From: Sneathiellales bacterium
GTDB taxonomy: Bacteria; Pseudomonadota; Alphaproteobacteria; JANQFL01
Direction of reading: 5' to 3'
Assembly (NCBI GenBank): GCA_028277845.1
Contig: JANQFL010000011.1
Location: 200,887 to 264,886 of the forward strand
DNA length: 64,000 nucleotides
A program made the translations under genes and the position numbers. The notes below the pieces were generated by a model. The model had not been told where the DNA came from. It ran no database searches and saw nothing but the letters and a program-made list of their open reading frames with translations. This document shows positions 1-9,921 of this stretch, in pieces; position 1 is the first letter of the stretch; each line of letters begins with the position of its first letter.

Positions 1-1
1 G

Positions 2-415
2 AACGGCGACGATTACCTGGCCGGCGAGGACGGCAACGACATTCTTGAGGGCGGCAGCGGATTCGACACACTGGTTGGCGGTACCGGCGCCGACAAATTC
101 TGGTTCGGCGCCAATGCCAGTTTCGACACCGTAACCGATTTCAACCGGGGTGAGGGCGATAAGATCGTCGTCGAGGAAGGTGTGTTCAATATCGCCAGCG
201 TCGTCGATGGCGACAACTTCACGGTAATCGGCGGCACCTACAATGGGACCAACGGTTCCGGGACGGCTTGGGACGCCAAGCAGGACGCATTCATATTCGA
301 CAGCAACGGCACGCTCTATTACGATGCCAACGGCTCTGACAGCGGGTATACCGTTGTTGCGCAGGTGCAAGGGGTGACGTTGCAAGCCACCGATTTCGAA
401 GTGGATCCCGTCTAG
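2..415 (+). CDS. RTX/hemolysin-type calcium-binding repeat protein, C-terminal fragment (5' end lies outside the window)
   Basis: Translation in the frame of the 182..415 ORF, extended upstream, reads NGDDYLAGEDGNDILEGGSGFDTLVGGTGADKF..., i.e. GGxGxD nonapeptide repeats typical of T1SS substrates. It sits directly upstream of a T1SS ABC/MFP pair. Confidence 0.6.
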   Translation, partial: NGDDYLAGEDGNDILEGGSGFDTLVGGTGADKFWFGANASFDTVTDFNRGEGDKIVVEEGVFNIASVVDGDNFTVIGGTYNGTNGSGTAWDAKQDAFIFDSNGTLYYDANGSDSGYTVVAQVQGVTLQATDFEVDPV

Positions 416-462
416 GAACCTCCGGCACCATCGCCGCGCAGTAACTTTGGAATTGGGCACGA

Positions 463-2220
463 TTGACGGCGATGGACTCCATGAATCTCCAGTCAAAGCC
501 GCACAAGGGCTGGCTCAAGCCATTCCTCAAGCCGTTGCGGCCGCTGTTCACCGAGGTCCTGTTCAAGTCCCTGTTCGTTGGAATTCTCGGATTGGCGGCG
601 CCGCTGTTCGTGCTGCAGGTCTATGACCGGGTGGTGTTTCAGGCCGGGCTGAGCACCCTGCAGGGCCTGGTCATCGGCATGGGCGTGGCCATCCTGTTCG
701 ATTTCATGCTGCGCCAGGCCCGCAGCCGGGTCGTGCAGCGCATGGCGTTGCAGATCGACACCGCCGTGGCGCCGGCGCTCTTCGACCGGCTGCAGCATTT
801 ACCGCTCAGGGTGCTGGAGTCGCGGCCGGCCTCGTTCTGGCAGAGCCTGTTCCGTGACGTCGAAGTGGTGCGCAACACCCTGTCCGGCGCCACCGCCATC
901 CTGGTCGCCGACCTGCCTTTCGTGTTCATCTTCATCGGCCTCGTTTACATCATCGCCACGCCTGTGGCCTGGGTGTTCGTCGCCATCGTGCCCGTGTTCC
1001 TGCTGCTGGCCTGGCGCTCCGCCGCGTCCATCGGCGCCGCCACCTTCACCGAGCGGCAGGCCTCGCTGGCCCGTGACGCCCTGCTCGGCGAGATGATGGC
1101 CGGACGCACCACGATCAAGGCATTGGCGTTGGCGCCGGCCATGACGCCCGGTTGGGAACAGCGCCATGTGGCGACGATCCGCGAAGCACGCAGCCGCGGC
1201 GCCGTGACCGACACCTACACCAATATCGGCACCAGCCTGACCATGCTGACCACCATCGTGCTGACCTCCGTCGGCGCGCTGGCCATCCTCGAACAGGAAA
1301 TGACCATCGGCTCCCTGGTGGCGGCCAATATCCTGGCCGGGCGGTTCGTCGCGCCGCTCAATCAGTTGGTGTCCACCTGGCGCAATTTTGCCGGCTTCAA
1401 GCAGGCCTCGCAGCGTCTCGGCGAGGTGTTCGCCCTGACCGAGGAACGGCGGGAAAGCGCGCTCAGTCTGCACGACCCTCAGGGACTGGTGACGCTGGAG
1501 AAACTGCGTTTCCATTTCGGCGACGAGAACAATCCCATCATCGACAACCTCAACCTCGCCATCGGCCCCAACGGCCTGCACGGCGTCACCGGGCGCAACG
1601 GCAGCGGCAAGACCACGCTGCTGAAACTGATGCAGGGCCTGTACGCCCCGGTCGAGGGCCGCGTTCTGCTCGACGATCAGGATGTCGCCCAGTTCACCCG
1701 CCGCGAGCTGGCCCGTTGGATCGGTTACGTGCCGCAGGAGTGTTTCCTGTTCGCCGGCACCATCCGCGACAACATCGCCATCGGCGACCCGGACGCGGAG
1801 GACGATGTCATCCTCCGGGCCGCGAAACGGGCCGGCGTGCACGAGTTCGTGGTCGGCCTGCCCGACGGCTACGCCACCGATATCGGCGAGGCCGGCACCC
1901 GCCTGTCGGGTGGCCAGCGCCAACGCATCGCTATCGCCCGGGCGCTGCTGGGCGAACCCAAGGTGCTGCTGCTCGACGAACCGTCCGGCAATCTCGACCG
2001 CGCCGCCGAGGACGCCTTGAAAACCAATCTGGTCGACCTGTCGCGCGATCATACGGTCATCGCGGTGACCCACTCCCCGGCCCTGCTCGCCGCCTGCCAC
2101 ACCACGCTGGTGCTGGAGGGCGGCCGCATTGTCCTGGCCGGCAAGCCGGAAGATGTCCTGCCCCGCCTGTTCGGTACCGCGCCAGCCAAGCAGCCGGCCA
2201 AAGTGAAGACCGTGCCGTGA
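463..2220 (+). CDS. Type I secretion system ABC transporter, fused permease and ATPase (PrtD/HlyB family, no C39 peptidase domain)
   Basis: 585 aa. The N-terminal half is hydrophobic (TMD). The C-terminal half has Walker A GRNGSGKTT, ABC signature LSGGQRQR and Walker B LLLDEP. Its stop overlaps the following HlyD gene. Confidence 0.85.
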   Translation: MTAMDSMNLQSKPHKGWLKPFLKPLRPLFTEVLFKSLFVGILGLAAPLFVLQVYDRVVFQAGLSTLQGLVIGMGVAILFDFMLRQARSRVVQRMALQIDTAVAPALFDRLQHLPLRVLESRPASFWQSLFRDVEVVRNTLSGATAILVADLPFVFIFIGLVYIIATPVAWVFVAIVPVFLLLAWRSAASIGAATFTERQASLARDALLGEMMAGRTTIKALALAPAMTPGWEQRHVATIREARSRGAVTDTYTNIGTSLTMLTTIVLTSVGALAILEQEMTIGSLVAANILAGRFVAPLNQLVSTWRNFAGFKQASQRLGEVFALTEERRESALSLHDPQGLVTLEKLRFHFGDENNPIIDNLNLAIGPNGLHGVTGRNGSGKTTLLKLMQGLYAPVEGRVLLDDQDVAQFTRRELARWIGYVPQECFLFAGTIRDNIAIGDPDAEDDVILRAAKRAGVHEFVVGLPDGYATDIGEAGTRLSGGQRQRIAIARALLGEPKVLLLDEPSGNLDRAAEDALKTNLVDLSRDHTVIAVTHSPALLAACHTTLVLEGGRIVLAGKPEDVLPRLFGTAPAKQPAKVKTVP

Positions 2221-3521
2221 GCACGCCCGGCGAAAACACGCTCGAAAGCCTGCAGGCGGAATCCGGCCGCTCGGGCTGGCGTGTGTTCGGCTGGCTGGTC
2301 ATGGCGTTGCTGGTGGCCGGCATCGTGTGGGCCCAACTGACCCAAATCGACGAAGTCGCGGTCGCGCCGGGCGAAGTCGTGCCGCGCGGCCAGGTCAAGG
2401 TCATCCAGCACCTGGAGGGCGGCCTGATCCAGAACATCTTCGTGGCGGAAGGCAGCCAGGTAAAAGCCGGCGAGCCGCTGTTGCAGCTCGACCTGGCGCT
2501 GACGGCGGTCAATCCCGCGGAGTTGCAGGTGCGGCTGGATGGCCTTCTGCTCACCCGGGTGCGCTTGAGGGCGGAATCGGAGAACAAAAAGCTGGTCTTT
2601 CCGAAAGACCTCAGGGGCCGTTTGCCGGAGCTGGAGGCCGCGGAACGGGAAACCTATGCCGCCAACGTCAAGACCCTTAACGCGGCCAAGGCCGTGCTGC
2701 GCAAACAACTGCGCCAGCGTGAGTTGGACATCGACGAGTTGAAGGCCACCCGGGCCGCCGTGACCAACGACCTGAAGCTGGCGCGGCGCAACCTGACCAT
2801 GTCCGAGGAACTGCTCAAGGACGAACTGACGTCCAAGATGGAGCACCTGGAACGGGTGCGCGAGGTGGAGTCCCTGCAAGGCCGCCTGAATTCGATCGAT
2901 CCGACGATCCCGCGGGCCACGGCCGCCCTGGCCGAGACCCGCGAACGGCTGCGCGAGGAAGACCTCAAATTCCGCCGCGCCGCCCGCGACGAACTGGGCA
3001 AGACCGAGCTGTCCATCGCCCGCACCCGCGAACTGCTAAGCGAGGCCGACAAACAGGTTCGCCGCACGGAAATCCGCAGCCCCATCGATGGCACCGTCAA
3101 GAACCTGCGCTACCACACCATCGGCGGCGTGGTGCGGCCGAGCGAACCGATCATGGAAATCGTGCCGGTGAGCGAAACCCTGGTCATCGAAGCCAAGCTC
3201 AATCCGATCGACCGCGGCTATGTCCGCACCGGCCAGCAGGCACTGGCAAAAATCTCGACCTATGATTTCGTCCGCTACGGCGGGCTGGACGGCACGGTCG
3301 TGCACATCGGCGCCGATTCCAGCATCGGCGAGGACGGCGTACCGTATTACAAGGTGATCATGGAGACCGACCGCTCGCACCTCGGCGCCCGGGCCGGCGA
3401 ACTGCCCATATTGCCCGGCATGCAGGCCACGGTGGATATCCAAACCGGCAGCCGCAGCGTGTTGGACTTCATCCTCAAGCCGCTCCTGCGCCTGAAATCG
3501 GAAGCCTTCCGCGAGCGCTGA
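2217..3521 (+). CDS. HlyD-family type I secretion membrane fusion protein
   Basis: GTG start overlapping the ABC gene stop. Single N-terminal TM helix (WRVFGWLVMALLVAGIVWAQL), long coiled-coil region, C-terminal beta-barrel. The longer 1152..3521 ORF in the track is an out-of-frame extension. Confidence 0.8.
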   Translation: MSTPGENTLESLQAESGRSGWRVFGWLVMALLVAGIVWAQLTQIDEVAVAPGEVVPRGQVKVIQHLEGGLIQNIFVAEGSQVKAGEPLLQLDLALTAVNPAELQVRLDGLLLTRVRLRAESENKKLVFPKDLRGRLPELEAAERETYAANVKTLNAAKAVLRKQLRQRELDIDELKATRAAVTNDLKLARRNLTMSEELLKDELTSKMEHLERVREVESLQGRLNSIDPTIPRATAALAETRERLREEDLKFRRAARDELGKTELSIARTRELLSEADKQVRRTEIRSPIDGTVKNLRYHTIGGVVRPSEPIMEIVPVSETLVIEAKLNPIDRGYVRTGQQALAKISTYDFVRYGGLDGTVVHIGADSSIGEDGVPYYKVIMETDRSHLGARAGELPILPGMQATVDIQTGSRSVLDFILKPLLRLKSEAFRER

Positions 3522-4874
3522 TCAATCGCCCTTCAGGGTGACGAAGCGGCAGTAGGGTTTGATGGCCTTGACGCCGGCCCCCTCGCCGACCAGCGCGACC
3601 ACTTGGTCGACATCCTCGACCACCAGCCCGGACAGCACCTCGATGCCGTAGGCGTGCAGTTGCGGCGCCATCGGCGTGCCCGGCCCGACCAGGGCGAAGC
3701 GGGCCGTACCCCGGGCCCGCAGCAAGCCTTCCAGTGTGCGGTTGACCAGAGTGGACGACGTCACCGCCGCCGCCTCGCAACGGGCCATCAATCGGGGCGC
3801 GGCGACGGAGGCGAACTCGCCCTCCTTGGGAAACTGCTCGACCACCAGAGGCTGGCGCAACCGTTCCGCCAAGCCCGGAAAGCGGCCGATGACGGCCACC
3901 GGGGCATCGATGGCCGCGAAGACGTCGAGGCCGTTCTGATGCGGTGCCTGCAAATCGTAACGATTGAAGTGGGCATTGATGGCGGCAACGCCGATGGCGG
4001 TTTCCGCCGGGTTCCACGACTGCGCCAGCGACGCCAGTTCGTTCAGCGGCCGGCCCGCCAGAGTGCCGACACCGGGTATGGCGCGGCAGCCGGGATGGTC
4101 GTGGGCCGGCGACTTGGCCAGGCCGCAGCCGTCCGGTCCCTCGACCAATGTCCAGTTGCGCCCGACCACGACCCGCTTGGCAGACACGTCGGAAACGGCG
4201 CGCCGCAGTTCTTCGATCAGGGGGTCCGCGCCCCACCAGCGCCAAAGAGCGTCTTCGGTACACGGCAGCAGATCGGACAGGCCGCCGGTAAACGTGTTCC
4301 AGCGTTCGAGCACACCCGCCGGCACGGCAACCAGAACGGGGATGCCCTCCGCCGCCGCGGTGAGGATCTCTTCCGCCAGGCCCTCGCCCTCCTGCTCCCG
4401 CTCGCCGAATTTCTCGACCACGACCAGATCAACTTTGTCGGCGATGGCGCGGCGCAGCGCGGCGGTCGAAGCCGCCAGGGCGGAGCGGTCGAGGGAGCAC
4501 GTCTTGGTCTCCAGATCGTGCGCCGTCGGACGGGCAAGCGGAATGTGCGCGCCGGTATCGACCTCGACGGCATCGAGACCCAGCCGGCTGCCGTCGTCGT
4601 TCAACATGATTTCCTGCACCAGCCCGCCGACCCGCCAGCCGCGGCGCTTCAATTCGGCGGCGAACGGCGCCAGAACATGGCGTTGTTCGGTTTCCGGCGT
4701 ATACAGCACGGCGCCGATCCGGATCTGCGGCGCCACGGCGTCGATATCGGCGTCGAACCGGCTGGCAACCAGTCCGGGCTCGTCCGCCCTCGATTTCCCG
4801 TGCATGTCCGCATCCCTGGTATTCATCGCCAACTCCCGACCGTGACCGCCCAATATATAGTGCATGTTGGGCAA
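3522..4874 (-). CDS. Hypothetical protein. Putative fusion of an NTPase-like DUF2478-type N-domain with a Rossmann-like DUF364/DUF4213-type C-domain
   Basis: 450-aa ORF with coding-like composition, convergent with the T1SS operon. The domain assignment comes only from recalled similarity patterns and is weak. Confidence 0.4.
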   Translation of the reverse strand: MPNMHYILGGHGRELAMNTRDADMHGKSRADEPGLVASRFDADIDAVAPQIRIGAVLYTPETEQRHVLAPFAAELKRRGWRVGGLVQEIMLNDDGSRLGLDAVEVDTGAHIPLARPTAHDLETKTCSLDRSALAASTAALRRAIADKVDLVVVEKFGEREQEGEGLAEEILTAAAEGIPVLVAVPAGVLERWNTFTGGLSDLLPCTEDALWRWWGADPLIEELRRAVSDVSAKRVVVGRNWTLVEGPDGCGLAKSPAHDHPGCRAIPGVGTLAGRPLNELASLAQSWNPAETAIGVAAINAHFNRYDLQAPHQNGLDVFAAIDAPVAVIGRFPGLAERLRQPLVVEQFPKEGEFASVAAPRLMARCEAAAVTSSTLVNRTLEGLLRARGTARFALVGPGTPMAPQLHAYGIEVLSGLVVEDVDQVVALVGEGAGVKAIKPYCRFVTLKGD

Positions 4875-4934
4875 ATTACCGGCCCAGAGAACGATATTCC
4901 CGGCAATTCGGCATTGAGCAGGGTCAAGACGGAT

Positions 4935-5345
4935 CTATCGGCGATTCTCGACCTCAACTTGAATCCTATCGGTAATCGCTTCGAGATCGTCTTTCACCTC
5001 ATGTTCCCAGAACCGCATCACCTTCCAGCCTTCATTACTCAACTGAATGGTGATTTCCTCATCACGCTCTTTGTTCCGCTTCAGTTTTTTTGTCCAGAAC
5101 TTGGCATTACTTTTTGGTTCGACCGCATGTTGAGGGCAGCTATGCCAAAAGCAGCCATCGACAAAAACTGCAACTTTTGCTCCGGCAAATACAATGTCGG
5201 GTCGACCTGGAAGTCGTTGATTGATCCGGTAGCGTATTCCTCTTGCCCACAAAGAACGACGAAGTGCCAGCTCCGGTTTAGTGTCTTTACCCTTAATTCG
5301 GGACATGCAGCGACTGCGCTGCTCCTGCGTCATAACATCAGGCAT
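4935..5345 (-). CDS. vsr: Very short patch repair endonuclease Vsr
   Basis: 136 aa with the motif FVDGCFWHSCPQH and an overall Vsr-like sequence. It lies next to (divergent from) a C5 cytosine methyltransferase. Local GC is lower than the flanking DNA. Confidence 0.85.
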   Translation of the reverse strand: MPDVMTQEQRSRCMSRIKGKDTKPELALRRSLWARGIRYRINQRLPGRPDIVFAGAKVAVFVDGCFWHSCPQHAVEPKSNAKFWTKKLKRNKERDEEITIQLSNEGWKVMRFWEHEVKDDLEAITDRIQVEVENRR

Positions 5346-5400
5346 TTATTGTGTTCCGTCATAGTTTAGCCTGGCTTTTTGTTTACAACCTGGTAGCCTG

Positions 5401-6396
5401 GTGGCCCGATTCGCGATCAGAGTAAATGACATGTGTGCTGTACGAACACTCGACATCTTCTGCGGCGGGGGCGGGAGCAGTTACGGTGCGCAAACTGCTG
5501 GTGCCGAGATCATATGTGGCATTGATATGGATGCAGTTGCCACCGCGACTTTCAAGCACAATTTTCCAAACGCCAAGGTAAAGACCTCGCTTCTTGAAAA
5601 CATCAAGCAGAACAAACTACGTGACCAGTTAGGAGATATTGATCTTCTGCTTGCATCGCCCGAATGCACAAATCACACCTGTGCAAAAGGCTCGGCACCG
5701 CGATCCGAGGAAAGCCGCGCCACGGCTATGCAGACAATCCGTTTCGCCAGGGCTTTCGAACCACGATGGATCATTATGGAGAATGTCATTCATATGCGCC
5801 CGTGGTCACGCTATGGCGAACTGAAGGGAACTCTGGAAGATCTGGGATACAACATCCGGGAGAATATCCTTGATGCAACCGACTTCGGTGTTGGTCAAAA
5901 TCGCCGCCGCTTGTTCATCGTCGCCGACCGTGAGGATCAACCATCTGACATTAGTACACCCGAGAACGTGGAGGTTCCAACGGTTGAGAAAATTCTCGAT
6001 GAATCCGACACGTGGGATATGACGCCGCTTTACAAAGAAGGAAGAGCCAAGGCAACGATCAAACGGGCCGAAAGAGGTTTTGCCGAGCTAGGCAGAGATC
6101 AGCCGTTTCTACTGGTTTACTACGGGAGCGACGGCAGTGGTGGCTGGCAGAGAATCGATCGTCCACTCAGGACAATAACGACGGTAGACAGATTTGCGCT
6201 TGTTGAACCCGGAGAAGGTGGTCATCAGATGCGTATGCTTCAGGTACCTGAGTTACAACGGGCCATGGGCTTTAAAGAGGACTACGAACTGACAGTGGGT
6301 ACTCGTCGCGATAAAATTCGATTACTAGGAAATGGAGTATGCCCTCCTGTTATGAAGGCTGTTGTCGACGAACTTACTGTGCGGCAATGTGCGTAA
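5401..6396 (+). CDS. dcm: DNA (cytosine-5)-methyltransferase
   Basis: Motif I FCGGGG, motif VI IIMENV, motif VIII GQNRRRLFIV, motif X GNGVCPPV. The catalytic region reads ASPECTNHTCAKG (PEC instead of the canonical PCQ). The first start could alternatively be the ATG at 5431. Confidence 0.8.
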   Translation: MARFAIRVNDMCAVRTLDIFCGGGGSSYGAQTAGAEIICGIDMDAVATATFKHNFPNAKVKTSLLENIKQNKLRDQLGDIDLLLASPECTNHTCAKGSAPRSEESRATAMQTIRFARAFEPRWIIMENVIHMRPWSRYGELKGTLEDLGYNIRENILDATDFGVGQNRRRLFIVADREDQPSDISTPENVEVPTVEKILDESDTWDMTPLYKEGRAKATIKRAERGFAELGRDQPFLLVYYGSDGSGGWQRIDRPLRTITTVDRFALVEPGEGGHQMRMLQVPELQRAMGFKEDYELTVGTRRDKIRLLGNGVCPPVMKAVVDELTVRQCA

Positions 6397-7480
6397 TAAG
6401 ATCTTCAGTGCTAAGTTCGGGTTGACCAACTCTCCCCAAATAGGACGCCCATCTCTGGATTAAATTCGGAATAAACTGCGGCGTTATCGAAGCTATTCGA
6501 TGATCAATAAGTTCTTCCACTCTCTCATTCGGTACGGAGATCACATTCTTAAAGTTCACGATCCAAGGGCCTTCTTCCGCACATGGAGGCAGAAAGTGCA
6601 AGCTACTCTCAACATTTTGATTCGCCCAACCTTTTACTTTGTCTGTTATCTTTCTGCTTGGTTTTCCATCGTTCTTGACTATGGCATCCTTCAATTCTTG
6701 CCAGTTTTCTGATAAGTCTGTGCACGGCGCCAACAAAATATTATCAGGATAATCTCTTGCAATATTGCACTGTGGGGTGACGACGACGCAGACGTTACCA
6801 TCTAGTCGAGTTATGTCGCCTGTGTGAAGCCGGTCTCGAATTGGTGGTACAAAGTAAAATTCGTGAAGATGGAACTTATCTACTTCAACGCCGGGTAGAG
6901 ACAGGGTTTCAGCCAGAAACGCAACCACTTGCCGACTGACTACATGAAATAGGGCTTCTTCCTTGAGCGCATGTGTTTGACCATCTTGCCATTGAGGCCA
7001 GACCGATTTATAGAAAATACGTGCTGTCTCAATATTGAGTCGACTTCTCGTTTCTCTCATAGCATTCATTAGAGGAGCTTGCTCGGCCAGCCATTTAAAC
7101 GCCTCCTGGTGCGAGTCAGTGTCTTTCACCAATATCTTAAATGGTAAGTTATCGAACTCTTCACTGAGTTCTCTGGTGTGACCGCTATGGATCAACACAG
7201 GAACAGCGTGATTTGAAACAACTTCTCGGATCGCTGCGTTTCCATGTCGCTCGTCCCCAGTTTCGTCGCCAGTATTGGGGACACGTAAATCAAGCATCGC
7301 ACAATCGACATATTGCGAGGAAAACGTTTCTATGGCTTCTGAAGTTGACTTGACAGCTGTAATACTCAGCTTGATCGGACTGTCCGCTGACTGGTTGTAT
7401 TCCTGAACGTTCCTCTGAAGTCGTTCAATTTCGGTCTGTTCGTCTTCGAGTACAAGGAGATGAAATGTCGGACTAGGCAT
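6374..7480 (-). CDS. Response-regulator receiver domain protein with a C-terminal effector domain of unknown function (about 220 aa)
   Basis: The N-terminus reads HLLVLEDEQ...DCAMLDLRVPNTGDETG...VPVLIHSGHT...PFKILVKD, consistent with a CheY-like fold. The phospho-acceptor Asp sits in the MLDLRVP context and the conserved T/S and K are present. The C-terminal half has no motif I can recognise. The gene is 3 nt downstream of the kinase gene and lies in the low-GC islet. Confidence 0.6.
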   Translation of the reverse strand: MPSPTFHLLVLEDEQTEIERLQRNVQEYNQSADSPIKLSITAVKSTSEAIETFSSQYVDCAMLDLRVPNTGDETGDERHGNAAIREVVSNHAVPVLIHSGHTRELSEEFDNLPFKILVKDTDSHQEAFKWLAEQAPLMNAMRETRSRLNIETARIFYKSVWPQWQDGQTHALKEEALFHVVSRQVVAFLAETLSLPGVEVDKFHLHEFYFVPPIRDRLHTGDITRLDGNVCVVVTPQCNIARDYPDNILLAPCTDLSENWQELKDAIVKNDGKPSRKITDKVKGWANQNVESSLHFLPPCAEEGPWIVNFKNVISVPNERVEELIDHRIASITPQFIPNLIQRWASYLGRVGQPELSTEDLITHIAAQ

Positions 7481-7483
7481 ACT

Positions 7484-9688
7484 TTAGAATCCACTGACAG
7501 GAATCCGTATTAGAAATGCCGCACCAATCTCTCGATCAAGGTATTCAATTGTTCCCCTCGACCGTCCAATGGCCTCCCTTGCAATAGACAAACCCAACCC
7601 TGTCCCCTTTGGTTTCAATGAGAACCCAACATCAAATATCTGATCACGAAACTCTTCCGGTATGCCCTTACCGTTGTCTGAGATTTCAATTACGCAACTA
7701 TCTTGGTCTCTACTCAAATTAAATTCAACTAATGGATTTCTAATTTCGTGATGGTCGAGCCAGAAAATCGCGTTATCAAGGATATTTGTAATTGCCGTAG
7801 CCAAATCTTCTCTATATCCAAAAACACTATCGATCGCGTCATCGTTTTTATGTGAAGTATCTATCCCGGCTTCATCCAATTTGCTGCGGAATAACTGAAT
7901 AGCGTCGATAACTATCTGATTGGGATTATATTGGGTCGGTTTGCCACGTCGTCCTCCCGCTAACGGCTCCGTGGCCTTAAAGAGTAACCGCAGTTTGTCT
8001 GCGTTAATATTCATTCCCCTCAAGATACCAGGTGTTACATCCCGTTGTCTCAATGCCTCCTCAGAATCGCTGCATAATGTTGGCCAATAGCGTAACAAAC
8101 GACGAGATTCATCCTGTAAGAATGCCACAGGTGCGCGACCCTCATGGAGCACTTCTCCAAGTATCAGACCTAACGTGACTTTCATTTCCAGGATCGATTG
8201 CTTTTCTTCGAGGTCCTTTAAGTAGCCAATAAGTCGCTTTGATTCCCTGGCGATTTTTTCTCTGGCTTCAATCTGCAAATCGATTGGTAGGTCAGCGACC
8301 ATAGGTTCCGCCCATCGCATGTAGGCGCTTTCGTAAATTCTTGTAAAATCGGTCTGATTTCGTCGACCAATTCCAGCGTTATCTCGAAACGAATATCGTT
8401 TGGGCTCAACGACTTCAGAAAAGAGAGTAGAGATCAATCGCTTCAAACGGAGATAGCTGCCATTCTCCTCCAATCCTTCGCGATTGCTTTGCTCAATGAG
8501 TCCAGACCGTTGCTCACTATCGACTACCAGAACACCTGAAACCTGATTGTGCCCAATCTTGAACCCTGGCTTTTGAACACGAAGTGTATCCAATGTAAGC
8601 CAATCATTATCTGGATCACCGTAAGGACGGATTCGGAACCTGTCACGATAGATGGCAACACCAGAAATTGAATCCAAAATCTCTCTAGCCTGTTTTGCTT
8701 TCAGGTCTCCCATTCCTGCACGCTGCATAGCTGTTTTAACCGCTTCAGCTTCTCTATCGAAAATGAAAAGATGGACTAGGACTATCCCGCACGGTTTCTC
8801 GCCAAATTCTTCGATTTTAATGGGTACTGAACAATGAATTTTTTTGGGTTCCAGCCGGCCACGATGAATAGTCATCGTTCCGTCGAAGTTACCCTCCTCA
8901 TCAAACGCTCCGGCTACTTCATAGTCGCAAGACGAAAGCATCGGAAATGGTTCGACACGATGATGGTTTGACTCTTCCCTATCTGGAAACGCGCTGTTTA
9001 CGATGGCGCCGCCAGAAAAACCGCATCGTTCTTCCGTGCATTCAGAGAGATCGAGGTAGATTTTAAAGTCTGAGTCTTCGGCTATATCCAATGGTGAAAG
9101 CATTCGGCGAAGTTCTTGAAAAAGGCTACGCAACTTACTTTCAGTCCACGTATCTCGAAGTTCCCTTATCCTTAGTGTTGTTCCTGTATTAAGAGCTGGT
9201 ACCGGATGTTCATACTCGAACTCGATATCAGATAGATATTCTGTTTCGTCAAACACATCCCAATTTATGTTGGAAACGACAGTAGTCTGGCTCGTGCTCC
9301 CATCTTTGAGATAAGCTGTGGATTCCAAATCAAGCCACTTACCGAGTTTTGATGCTGCAAACCGCCCGATACCTTTGGAGCCCAATAGCTTTCTTTTTCC
9401 ACTACGGGAAGTTTCAGAATCTACTTTGTCGGTAGTGGCAGGCTCCATCCACTTTCGATCTATATCATTCAGTGTCATTCCATGACCATCGTCCTCGACA
9501 ATGATCGAACCGGAACCTGCGGTAAGAGGAGGAATAAATCGTATTCTCACCCAGTTGGCGTCTGCATCGTGACTATTTTTGACCAACTCAATAACAGCCG
9601 TTTCCGGGCCACTGATCAAACGATCACCAATTGTTCGAATGATGCGGGCTCTTGGTTTGAAGGAAAGTGTGTTCTTTGCTTCGGCCAT
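7484..9688 (-). CDS. Hybrid GHKL protein: N-terminal MORC/MutL-type HATPase_c_3 domain, central unknown region, C-terminal HisKA (H-box HEGRAPV) plus HATPase_c histidine kinase
   Basis: The N-terminus has ELVKNSHDADA (N-box), DDGHGM (G1) and GSKGIGRFAA (G2). The C-terminus has LHEGRAPVAFL (H-box), ITNILDNAIFW (N-box), DNGKGIPEEF (G1) and GTGLGLSIARE (G2). No transmembrane segments are evident. Confidence 0.6.
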   Translation of the reverse strand: MAEAKNTLSFKPRARIIRTIGDRLISGPETAVIELVKNSHDADANWVRIRFIPPLTAGSGSIIVEDDGHGMTLNDIDRKWMEPATTDKVDSETSRSGKRKLLGSKGIGRFAASKLGKWLDLESTAYLKDGSTSQTTVVSNINWDVFDETEYLSDIEFEYEHPVPALNTGTTLRIRELRDTWTESKLRSLFQELRRMLSPLDIAEDSDFKIYLDLSECTEERCGFSGGAIVNSAFPDREESNHHRVEPFPMLSSCDYEVAGAFDEEGNFDGTMTIHRGRLEPKKIHCSVPIKIEEFGEKPCGIVLVHLFIFDREAEAVKTAMQRAGMGDLKAKQAREILDSISGVAIYRDRFRIRPYGDPDNDWLTLDTLRVQKPGFKIGHNQVSGVLVVDSEQRSGLIEQSNREGLEENGSYLRLKRLISTLFSEVVEPKRYSFRDNAGIGRRNQTDFTRIYESAYMRWAEPMVADLPIDLQIEAREKIARESKRLIGYLKDLEEKQSILEMKVTLGLILGEVLHEGRAPVAFLQDESRRLLRYWPTLCSDSEEALRQRDVTPGILRGMNINADKLRLLFKATEPLAGGRRGKPTQYNPNQIVIDAIQLFRSKLDEAGIDTSHKNDDAIDSVFGYREDLATAITNILDNAIFWLDHHEIRNPLVEFNLSRDQDSCVIEISDNGKGIPEEFRDQIFDVGFSLKPKGTGLGLSIAREAIGRSRGTIEYLDREIGAAFLIRIPVSGF

Positions 9689-9921
9689 CTACCTATTACT
9701 TATGTTGGTGTTCGATAAATCGACATTCATACTTATCGCCCTCAAGTTTTTGACTGTCACAATTTATCGAATTGTGAAACAAGTAGCCTCAGCGTCTTGC
9801 AGACTTCGCTACAAAAGCCGCTGATTTTATTGTAACCCCTTAGGGCGCTTGATGTAGGTTACACCTGTATCCGCTATTAAAACATCTGTCGGTTGCAAAA
9901 CCTACGCCCATTAGATAGGCC

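Noticed and set aside
799-2100. 433-aa minus-strand ORF antisense to the ABC transporter gene
   Set aside because: Antisense shadow ORF with Gly/Arg/Asp-rich composition. The opposite strand carries clear Walker and ABC motifs.
1152-3521. 789-aa ORF spanning the ABC transporter 3' half and all of hlyD in another frame
   Set aside because: Its N-terminal 350 residues are Arg/Pro/Gly-rich, low-complexity read-through typical of an off-frame ORF in high-GC DNA. The in-frame HlyD starts at the GTG at 2217, overlapping the ABC stop.
3603-5369. 588-aa plus-strand ORF overlapping the DUF2478-like gene and vsr
   Set aside because: It runs antisense through two well-supported minus-strand genes and across a GC-content boundary, and has no motifs.
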